This document shows positions 14,501-24,300 of a stretch of DNA of 64,000 nt, one piece after another (the first letter of the stretch is position 1; every line of letters starts with the position of its first letter). Below the pieces are notes generated by a model, which did not search any database, was not told where the DNA came from, and saw nothing but the letters and a program-made list of their open reading frames with translations. The stretch spans positions 1-64,000 of the forward strand of contig BDGG01000001.1 of the NCBI GenBank assembly GCA_001949185.1, read 5' to 3'. Both the position numbers and the translations under genes were made by a program. The stretch is from Ramazzottius varieornatus (taxonomy: Eukaryota; Animalia; Tardigrada).

Positions 14501-14716
14501 ATGGAGGATATATCGCAAAAGTGCCATTTGAAGGAGAAAGAGCTGACGGCCATCGACAACGTCATCGTCATGCTGCAAGATGCCTTGGTGAAGCTGAAGG
14601 ACGAAAATGCCCAGTCCGATGTCAAGATCGAATCTTTGCTGAACGACTTGCGGGCTCTTGAATGCGAGGAAGAAGAACTAGACAACCTTGTCAACATTGG
14701 CCAATGCCACAAATAA
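14501..14716 (+). CDS. Small coiled-coil protein, possibly UPF0184/bublin-like
   Basis: 71-aa heptad ORF EKELTAIDNVIVMLQDALVKLKDENAQSDVKIESLLNDLR. Resembles the UPF0184 pattern by eye only. Confidence 0.4.
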   Translation: MEDISQKCHLKEKELTAIDNVIVMLQDALVKLKDENAQSDVKIESLLNDLRALECEEEELDNLVNIGQCHK

Positions 14717-14957
14717 CTCTCTTCTGGTTACGACTCTAACTCTTTTCGTCCTTCTTCAGATTACTTCTTTGTTACAACAAGAATATTTTTATCGGGATGT
14801 ACAACAAGGGAATAAAAAATGTGGTGCGGAAATACTCGCGGAATTTCTTGGAATTCAACCAGACAAATTAATTTCAGCAAAATTAACCACAAAACCTTTG
14901 GCGACAGGAAGAGTAACAGATCTTTACCGAGAGTGAAAGTTCAACCACCGATCAACA

Positions 14958-17610
14958 CTAGTTACTTTGAGAGATACAGTTAATTACAAAAGGACTTCCG
15001 GGAATGTGGACATCACCGTACTTGATCGACAATAGATACTCGCCTTCCTGCTTCAGCACGTAAGTCACTTGGTAATTGGCGTGTCCCATATGCTTGGTTT
15101 GGACTTCATGGCTGTGCAGAAACTTCCCGTAGATACCCACCAGCAGCATGTTGTAACCTACAGATAAACGAATTATCAAAATCAGGTTGCTAAAACGACG
15201 TAACAGTACGGTATGCTAAACCGTACTGGTGCGCGAGTCCACCTGGGCAAACAAGAAAAGCCTCACCCTGCTCAACTCGCGCATAAGCCATGACAACCTT
15301 CCTCAAAGCTGCGCCGATAACTCGGGGTACACGAAAACTGAACCATCCTACCGTACTCGCCCACTCTGCATGGTACACCACCCGCAAACTGCGCGAGTTG
15401 CCCGGGGTAGGCTCAATGAGAGCTTCCCCGTTGAATCCGCGCACCGAGCGGGCCAGTTTTGCTGTTACTATGCGCGGTTTCTGAATATCAACGCTCATTT
15501 CGCAAGTTTTAGGTGATCTTACCGGCCGAATCAGCGACGACGTTGATGGAAGCCGCCTTGTTGACGTGAGCGCGATGGAGGCCGTTGCCTTCGACCGTCA
15601 CTTTGGAGGCGTCAGAGCGAGAAGCCGAGATGGCGCTCCGCACATCTTGCGAGTGAGAGCCTCGTTGCAGCAACATGTCACCACTTTCGATGACCGACGA
15701 CATGGACACCACCTTGCTAACACGTGTCTCGCGACGGGTGATGATGGTCGTGCCATCCTCGCTGACTTCCTGCGTTTCCGTCACTTGAGAACTGCCCGTC
15801 GCTTTGCTGGTCGGAGACGTCGTGGTGGACGAAGTGACCGAGCTACCTGAACTGCGGGCATTCTCCGAAAACGACTCCTCGTTACCTATGACCAAAAGAA
15901 AGGCTGAAGCCTGGCTCTTTTAATTCACAAATGGAATAACTTTATAAAACACAAAATCTTAAAATTTTGGATGAGCAGCTGCGCGATTTCATCGGGGTAC
16001 ACTCAAGGAGAGCCACTCATCAAACCCGCGCTCACCGCCAAGTAAAAGATAACCAGCAAACTGCGCGTTAACCCGGATACAGCTGAGGAGAATCGCCCCG
16101 TCCAACTCGCGCACACCACTCAATAATCTACCTTCAAACTGTGTGAGTTAACCATACCTGCGCTGTTCTTCCACAACGGGGCTCCCTCCTTCAACTTCGC
16201 CACGGGAAACTGGGACAAGTAGGTCATCATACTTTGTTCGTCCTGAAAAGAGACAGAACCTCTCATCACAACACTCATAACAACATTTTTGAAAAAACTT
16301 CTCAGTAATTTGGCCAAAAGGTTTGTTTTACGATATCGGGGTCGATCATGTCTTCCGGACGGATAAGCTGGGTAACGCCCAGCCACTTCTCCGCCAAGCT
16401 CATGGCTTCCGTCGCGTTGCGAAGAGCGTCTCTGGAGTCCCAAGTCTCCCAGTCGGGGCACAAACCTACCACAAAGATAACCAGAATTCGTAAACGATGT
16501 CTACCAAAAATCAAGTTTCATCTTTCAACACTGTTACTGTTTCCTTGTGTAATCTCCTACCTGGCGCCATCGCGTTGTCCAAAGCACCGCAAGCTCGTCC
16601 ATCGTTCCAATCGGAGGTGAAGTTACGAACCGGGACTGGCAGCTTGTTGGCAAACCAGGAAAGAAGACGTTGCTTGGGCGTCACCTTCTCTTCCACCAGT
16701 TGTTCCTCTTCATCACTCCACCGAGCGTTACTTATCGAATAGTGCAGAATCAGCGCCCAGATCAGCCCCAAAATCAGCTTAAGACGTCCATCCACTATGT
16801 CCGTACTATCTGTAATGACGAAGCAAGACTACGAATAGTCAGAAAAAGACTCACTGGAAGAATAGTCGACCAAATCCACCATCAAAATGGAAATCAGAAA
16901 ATTCAGCAAGCCGTATGGTCCTTAATTCAGTAGCAGATTACTATCAGTTTTTTTCTCGACTACCAACACCAACCACAATCCTACATAATGGGTAAAACTG
17001 GCGTCTTACGACAATCAATCAAAGTCAAACGATGGACAAAAACATTGGATACACTGTATGTTTTTCACAATCGATTAAATCGACCAATCAATAGACTTAC
17101 CGATGCTAACCAGTTTGATTCCTTCGTTTTCCAGGAAATTCAAGGCGACAGAGACATTCTCCAGCTTTTGGGAACGGAAGACAGGCGAAGTCGTGTGACG
17201 AGGAAGCTTCTTGCCACTGAGGCACTCAATTAGACAGATGAGACGCAAACCATCCGAGAGATCCTTGGATAAGTCGTGGACAGCGTAGCCAATCTTGTCG
17301 GGAGTCTTCATCTGCTGATTAACCCTACAATCACAAAACCACTTCCGGGCAAAATTCATCCACCTTGCCGCTTTACCCCTGTGGACGAAAGAGCCACTTA
17401 CCAGCGAGTAAACGTAGCCTGTTGGATCCTCTTCCATGGAGCGTCATCACGAAGATCTTTTTCCATATGAGACACTTGCTCTTCGCCGCTGATGCCCCAA
17501 CGATCGCCGCTGTCCTCTCCTGGAACGCGACGTTCGCGCGGTCGATCCAGCTCGGCCAGGACGGCAGATCCTTCCTCTTTCGCACCGCTGGACTGGGAAC
17601 TGTACTGCAT
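14958..17610 (-). CDS. Minimal filamin: CH1-CH2 actin-binding domain + Ser/Thr linker + a single C-terminal filamin Ig repeat
   Basis: Seven exons with consistent phases: [77 protein letters not shown], then [13 protein letters not shown]...NMLLVG...[11 protein letters not shown]. Confidence 0.9.
15228..16115. repeat. Family-B ~80-bp palindromic repeats in two filamin introns (15228-15480 and 15975-16115)
   Basis: TGCGC cores at 15230, 15310, 15390, 15471 and at 15980, 16062. Unit approximates TGCGCGAGTT-CCCGGGGTAC...CCCG-AACTCGCGCA. Confidence 0.7.
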
Positions 17611-18206
17611 TGCGCCCCGTTCAAAGAGGAATGTGGGACTGAAGGTAGGGGAGAGCAAGAGGAGATCCAGAAGCGCCGGATTCATTCGGTATATCAGCTG
17701 ATGATGTAATCGATGTAATCAAAGCAACTCAAAACCCCATTGATTAACGACTGATATTTCACAATGTGGAGGCGACGCCAAACAAATGAAAACAATCAAT
17801 TTTAATTCGAGCATTAAACTAATTTACAGGCAGCGATCAAGGCCGTGTCCGAAAGCAGAGCACGCCCACGGCGCACGAGACGGGGAAGTCGACCACTCAG
17901 GAGACCGGGTTCCGCGAGATGCACCAACAGGAATGGCGGCTACTGCGTGTCCTCGACGTCACCAACCGGAAGTACAGGTATTTTTCTGGGTAGAATGCTT
18001 ATCGTCCTCCGCTATATCGATCGACCGTTTATCCTCAATAAGATAATTCCGTGGAATTCTTAAAGAGACAGCAGAACAAATGTTAAAGGGCAAAAATTGA
18101 CCGTGAGAAAGAACAGTGGAAAAAACCCATGAAGGACGATCAGACAGAAAAGAACCTATGCGGAAAAGTGCTGGAGAAATGCCATCAAAATAGGCAATAA
18201 ACCTTT

Positions 18207-19322
18207 CTAACGGTCACGAGCATCGGCTTGAAGATGTTGTGCCGTTACAAAGTACTTTGGGTTTCCCCTCAGCGTTCTGGTTACTCTGGTGGTAATCTTC
18301 TTCAGGTTCTTCCAGATTTCGCTAGGGCTGTCTTGGCCCACTTCTTCCGCCGTAGAGCTCTCCGGATCGGCCGGGGCTTCCTTTGGTTCCGAAGTGTAGT
18401 CCAGTTTCGGGTTGAGATAGACACTGAATATCTGCGGCTCAGGCGAGAAGATATCAAAGGTCAGCCCGTACTCTAAGGCCGAATACTTTTTCTCTTTCTG
18501 TTCCACTGAAAACATGGACGGTCCTTCGGTAGGCGCTGAAGACGTTCCAGCAGGCAGTTGTATGGTGACAGATTTAGGTTGGACGACAGGTGGCGAAAAG
18601 AAGCCAGAGACTTGTTCGGATATCAGCGAGGTGTCGGGCAGCTGGACTTTCTCAAAGGGTAAAATCTGCGAAGTGACGACCTTGGGTATATCCATGGAAG
18701 GTGAGGCCAGTGGTGGCATCTCAGATGGCGGATCAGGGAAAGCTTCATGGGAATCGTCCAAATTCATTTCCGACTCCACCAAATTCACTGCTTCTTCTGC
18801 GTCGGCCTTGCTAGGCTTGAAGGGTTGATTGAGGATCTTGACATGTTCGACAGGGACCGCTTGCATTTGGTCAGGCCAGCTGGGCACCATCTTCTCGAGT
18901 ATATTATCGGGCATCTCACTGACAGAATTGTGGTAGTGTTGGAAGAGCGTCGACATGACCTTGGCCAATTTCAAATCGAAGCCCTTGACGCGATCGCACA
19001 TTTGTGCGCGGTGCATGGCTTGTAGATTCTTGAGGATCTTGTTATCAATCTCGAAAAGCAAACGTCGAGCTTTGTCTTCCACCAGGTCGAACTCTTCATG
19101 CATGGTCTGCAGCAGCTCCAGCATGTATTCAGGCACAGTTATGCCGGCCATGTCACTCAGAACAGCCGTGACCTTTCGGTAGATGTCGGCCTCGTCGGCT
19201 CGCAGACTGTAGACGTCGAACTGCAGGTTGGGCAGAGAGGAGGAAGGGTCACCGCCAGGAACAGCGCAAAATAACTTGTCTTCGTCCAGGTCGCCACCTT
19301 CCAGCTGTAGTGAAGCGTCCAT
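18207..19322 (-). CDS. Uncharacterised 371-aa single-exon protein
   Basis: Long open frame with a helical N-terminal half and a Pro/Ser-rich C-terminal half. No family recognised. Confidence 0.6.
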   Translation of the reverse strand: MDASLQLEGGDLDEDKLFCAVPGGDPSSSLPNLQFDVYSLRADEADIYRKVTAVLSDMAGITVPEYMLELLQTMHEEFDLVEDKARRLLFEIDNKILKNLQAMHRAQMCDRVKGFDLKLAKVMSTLFQHYHNSVSEMPDNILEKMVPSWPDQMQAVPVEHVKILNQPFKPSKADAEEAVNLVESEMNLDDSHEAFPDPPSEMPPLASPSMDIPKVVTSQILPFEKVQLPDTSLISEQVSGFFSPPVVQPKSVTIQLPAGTSSAPTEGPSMFSVEQKEKKYSALEYGLTFDIFSPEPQIFSVYLNPKLDYTSEPKEAPADPESSTAEEVGQDSPSEIWKNLKKITTRVTRTLRGNPKYFVTAQHLQADARDR

Positions 19323-19596
19323 CTTACGGCATTCTGATGGTGTGTCCTCCGTTTCTGCGCCATCTAAAAGGCAGACGCAGAAGGAGACACTGTACCGTAT
19401 TCACCAGCACGAAATACTTTGACTGAAGCATATTTTCGTACCTTCCATATTCACAATGAGTTCCATGAAATCTTTTTCGCTGTCACCGAGGCACTCCAGT
19501 ATTCATACCATATCTGTCATTGGCTAGACGTTGAGGTGTAACTTCAAACAAGTTTACCGTGGTCGTACTCAAATAGAGAAGTTTGCGGTTGCTATT

Positions 19597-19610
19597 GTCG
19601 TCCAGACAAC
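19597..19610. promoter_or_regulatory. RFX X-box-like motif GTCGTCCAGACAAC in the divergent promoter of the TEX9-like gene
   Basis: Imperfect X-box palindrome between head-to-head genes. Confidence 0.3.
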
Positions 19611-19822
19611 ACTGCCCAGTATCTGTTTGCCAGCGACGATCTCGTCACCAAGTTCTTTCTTGCGTACGATTCTTTTCTGCTTGAGTTCTGAATCAACCGT
19701 ATTGGCTTGATTGGGTAGGCTTCCCTTACTGACCCAATCTTTCACTCTGAATTTCTAGTTTTTTCCCCGACGTCCGTGGATCATTATTTGAGGTGATATA
19801 TTGACTGTACTGTGTCAACAAG

Positions 19823-21163
19823 ATGGATTTGACCACAGCAGCTTCCATGCCGGTTCTTGATACCGACTTGGAACGTCTTCTGCAAGAGCAGAGGCGGAAG
19901 TTGAGCGCACTGGGAATATTCCCTCCTGCGCGACACACCTCGGAGGCCCACTCGGCCGGAAGGGAGACAGTTGGCCAGTCCACTCACCAACCTTCCACCA
20001 TTACAACATCCAAGAAAGTTGACCCCGCTGGACTCTTCCCCTCCTCCAGTGATGGCCGTCGCTCCGCGGGAGATGCTGTTACAGGTCGACTTGACCGTCT
20101 GGCCCAAACCGAAGAACGCATAGCGCGGCTGTTGGGTGTCGAGGGTGGTGACGGTGGGGCTGGAAGTACAAGCAGCCAGTTGGACTATCAGGCCCTCCTT
20201 CGACCCGCCATGGCTGATATGCCTCACACCGCTGCTGACCTTCTCAACCGAATTCGGCAAAAAAGCATGGGGCAAAATGCAGTGTCAGACTCAGTCAAAC
20301 AGTCCCAATTCAACATAGTCCATGCAAACACACAACTTAGCCGACGGAAAACGGTGGTTGAAAGCGGGTGGAAAAAGTCAGCCAGCGTTACGAAGTCAGA
20401 AAGTCAACTGAACACAAAGAAAGCAGCAGGCAAAATAAGAGACAGACTTCGTACTTTAAAGTCAGAAGTGTCCGCCAACCTGATAACTGCAGGGAAAAGT
20501 TGCGAAGATGCTTTGAGTTATGTCGATATCACCGCAAAGACGTTGGGTCAAGAAGCCACGCTACAGATGATGAAAGGCAAGTTAACGGCCAAGGAAGGCG
20601 AGCTGAGTAGCATTTGCCAGACGGCCAGCAAGAACCAGCAGTTAGCTCAGAAGAAGGCTGCCGAAGTGCGGCAGATGGAAGAAGAACACAGGCAACTGAA
20701 AGCCAAGCAGATGGAGCAGGAGAAGAAGCTGCGTGCCTGTCGGAAGCAGCTGGAAGAAGCTCGACGAACTTGCGAAGTTCTGACGGCTGAAGTGGAGCGT
20801 TTGTCGGCCGAACTGAAGGGCAGAAGGAAAGGGCAGGTGGACGTGGCCAAGAAGAGAGCCATGCCGCAGATATCGGCGGCGCGCTGGGCAGCAGCCAATG
20901 ACAAAGCCCTGAAGGAGCTGCTGACCTTGAAGGAACAGAATAAGGCCCTGAGGGACAGTGGGCAGAAGTTGCAAAAGGATGTGAAGAACCAGGGGAAGAG
21001 GCATGAGGGCAACTTGACAAACTTCTTGACTGTGGTCAAGAAACAGCAGGCGCTGATGACATGTAGGGCCAGGCAGAGGCATTTGTGCGGGCAGATGCAG
21101 CTGCTGAAGACGGCCGACGAGCAGTTTCGTCAGCTGCTTGATGTCACCTCCATCACAAGCTGA
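19823..21163 (+). CDS. TEX9: TEX9-like coiled-coil protein (single exon)
   Basis: LGQEATLQMMKGKL and the C-terminal KKQQALM...RQ...LLKTADEQFRQLLD resemble conserved TEX9 blocks. Confidence 0.55.
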   Translation: MDLTTAASMPVLDTDLERLLQEQRRKLSALGIFPPARHTSEAHSAGRETVGQSTHQPSTITTSKKVDPAGLFPSSSDGRRSAGDAVTGRLDRLAQTEERIARLLGVEGGDGGAGSTSSQLDYQALLRPAMADMPHTAADLLNRIRQKSMGQNAVSDSVKQSQFNIVHANTQLSRRKTVVESGWKKSASVTKSESQLNTKKAAGKIRDRLRTLKSEVSANLITAGKSCEDALSYVDITAKTLGQEATLQMMKGKLTAKEGELSSICQTASKNQQLAQKKAAEVRQMEEEHRQLKAKQMEQEKKLRACRKQLEEARRTCEVLTAEVERLSAELKGRRKGQVDVAKKRAMPQISAARWAAANDKALKELLTLKEQNKALRDSGQKLQKDVKNQGKRHEGNLTNFLTVVKKQQALMTCRARQRHLCGQMQLLKTADEQFRQLLDVTSITS

Positions 21164-21232
21164 AAAAGCCGGCCATTGCTTGGCTCGGAAATTTGGCTGA
21201 TGAAAGGCCACGGTATGAAGATAACGGACAAG

Positions 21233-21245
21233 GTAGCTTGGTGAC
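21233..21245. promoter_or_regulatory. RFX X-box-like motif GTAGCTTGGTGAC
   Basis: About 110 bp upstream of the RSPH9 coding start. Confidence 0.45.
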
Positions 21246-21355
21246 ACAAACGTGGGAAAAACAAGGCTTGAATTTCCTTTGGGCTTCCTGGGTTCAAATG
21301 CTTGGGTTCATATATCCGAACACCGAAGACTCATGTCGAAGCTTTAAAGTGCGAA

Positions 21356-24300
21356 ATGCAGCGGAATAGTCCAGCACGATCCTTTTTGAGTCCCGAAGAA
21401 TGCGCGCTAATCGAAGCAGCCTGTGTGACCCTGAGGGAAAGCAACAAGCCATCCAAGTTTGCCTTTTGGGGCAAAATCCATGGCATCCAGAATGATTATT
21501 ACATCGTCCAGTCATACGTCTTTGTGCCTCAAGAACATCCAGCTACATTCTACAGGTAAGACTTGAATGGCCCAAGTTCGGCTTCAATGTTGCCGTGCCC
21601 AAGTTTTGGACCTTTGGTGTACCGGTCCTTCTGATACTGCAGTCGAGACGGCCTGACTTGGTTCAACCTCGCTCCGGCTGCCGATGCCCTCATCAGCAGT
21701 GGCGCCTACCTCAACGGACCTTTCACCGGAGAACCCACTACTCCCTATACCTACAGCATATCGGAACTTCTGACTTCTAACGCTGCAGAGAAAAAGCCTC
21801 CCCTTGAGAACACCGTAAGTAAGACGCCAGCTTAATCTGTCAGCCTCGTTGAAGCTCAGCCAAGACACTTGGCACGATTATCTTCCTAAGTAGGGCACGC
21901 TGCCAGCCGATTGCACCGACAACGTGCGCCACTTGGCAAAGCACTTCGATAAAGTTGACCTTCTGAGTGGCGCACGTCTTTGGCTGTTTGCAATGTAAAC
22001 ATGCGCTGCTTGGGACGGGGATCTTGCAGAATCTGTATGCCGAGCTGCCATAATATATGTCTGCTGGGTATGGGAGACAGATATTTCGTTTTACTTTTGT
22101 ACTTTTCCTAGATCAGGGAAGAAGAGCGACTGGCATACGTGGTTCGATGTGTCGATGACGAAGGGATGATGATACCGAAATATTCATACGACAACGAGGT
22201 GGTCGGTCCCGTTGTTCCCGCTCCTTCATACCGAGGTACAGAACCATCCGGCAGACGTGATCTGACGAACAGATTGATCCTCAATTGCACGCTGACGGCA
22301 TTTTAGGCATGTCCTTCGATGACTGTAGCAACCTGGAGAACTACCTGACCTTCAACCCAACCAGCAAAGCGCAATGGCGAAGCGCTGTGGCTGCCGGTGA
22401 TCGAGCGAGGCAGATGCTGCAGCCGCTTCTTCATTCTTGTCCCGAGAATCTGACTGATCATCGTGAGACTTGTATCAAAATGGCCTGATCACAACAACTT
22501 CACCACTATTAGGCCATTCATCAGACCTTGACAAACAGAATGGACCCGCAAGTCATGTTTTCGACCAAAATTGTATAAAATCATGTGATTCTATACAATT
22601 CAAATTCTGCAGAAAAAACGTTTCGCAGTTGGCGGTATAAATCACAGCATAACGAGCCGGAAATGCGCCACTTTCACGGGGAACCGGAAATGCGCCACTT
22701 TTGCGGGGTCGATTGCCCGCTCTTTGTGTGAACGGAGAAATAATTTGAAGTTTTGAATCTCTCGATGTTCTTTTTCCGAAACTCTGTGGTCCTCTGCTTC
22801 TTTCATCGGTACTCATGTAGCTATGGCTCCACACTACAAGCTAAAGAGGCTTGCGGCTATCGGAATGGCTGCTGGATTGCTGAAGTTCCGGCTGGAAGCT
22901 CGTCCCCGCAGAAAGTTCGACTTCAGTCGCATATCGCAGGCTAGCGCCTAGAAATGGTTTAGGTTCGACAAGCTGCACCTGGAACGACTTCGGCTGGCTC
23001 TGCGAATTCCGGACGTTGTTTACACACCTGAAAGGGATCGAGCTACCGGACTGGAAGCAATCTGCATCGTACTGCGTCGCTCCGTATCACGTAACCGACT
23101 CTTCCAAAGCAAACGACTGATGAAGCGGTCTGCTCCTTCCTTCAGCAGGATTTTTAATCACACCGTTATGTTGATTCACCGAGAACATGGTAATTTGTTG
23201 AGAGGTAAGCTGCGTGAAAGGACAAGCGGGTAGCCCGCGCAATACCAGATCCTATTTCACTTTGTTCGGTCATTTCCGGTTGGTGTTTTGCAGCTATAAT
23301 TCACCCTTGGATAAACGGAAACGCCCTTACGACCTTTGCTTCCAAGATCACAGCACGGGGAGCTCCGCTGGAAACTTGTGTTGAGTTCATCAACGGGACC
23401 ATGAGACCTACTTGTCATCCCTCTCGAAGTCAAAAGGCAGCTTTCAGCGGCCACAAACGACAACACGGTATCAAGTTCCAGTCTGTAATGTATCCGAACG
23501 GGATAATCGGGCATCTCTTTGGGCCTATGGAAGGATGTAGGCACGATGCAGGCATTCTTCGCGAGAGTGGACTCCTGACCGACCTACGAGCTGCTTTCAA
23601 CAGACCGGACGGAAGTTGCTACACCTTTATGGAGATCCTGCCTACCCTATGTCCAGATACTTGCTGAGCCCTTTCGGGGGAGCAAGAGTCACCGCAGACC
23701 GGCAAGCATGGAATACCCGTATGGCCGGCGTCAGGCAAGGTTTCGAGTGGGGGTTTGGAAATATCGTCAACAAGCTTGCTTTTCTGGACTTTAAAAAGCA
23801 CCTACGAGTATACTCCCAGCCAGTCGCTGTTTACTATTTAGTAGGGACCATCTTGATGAACTGCCATGCCTAACTGTACAGCAATATCGTTTCTCAGGGT
23901 TTTCTCTGCAATCCTCCGCACTTGGAAGTTTATCTGACCGCTGAATGAATTTTAACCGTTGATTTGTACTTTGTAGTTCACCGTACGACGTCAGAAAGAA
24001 AAATTAAAAACTCAAAAACATCCCCACAGCTTTTCCACATTTCATTAGTGCGCCACCAGGCAGAAAAGACAGGATAAAAGTCAGAAATACTTCAGAAGTT
24101 ATCAAACTAGTCGCGGTCCAAGGTTCCTCCCGCTTTCGGTCGAGAACAAAGTTAGCAGGATCATTTAGGACATCTTGTCCATCATACTCCTAACGCGTCT
24201 TTTTCTTGATCGCTTTTGATACGAGCTTCAGTCTTGATGGTTTCGAGCTCCAGTTCTCAAATTCTTAAAGCAGCAGCTTCCTCTCTGACTGCCTTTTGTT

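Noticed and set aside
20529-21247. Long antisense ORFs over TEX9-like (and similar shadows over other exons)
   Set aside because: They are shadow frames of codon-biased coding sequence on the opposite strand.
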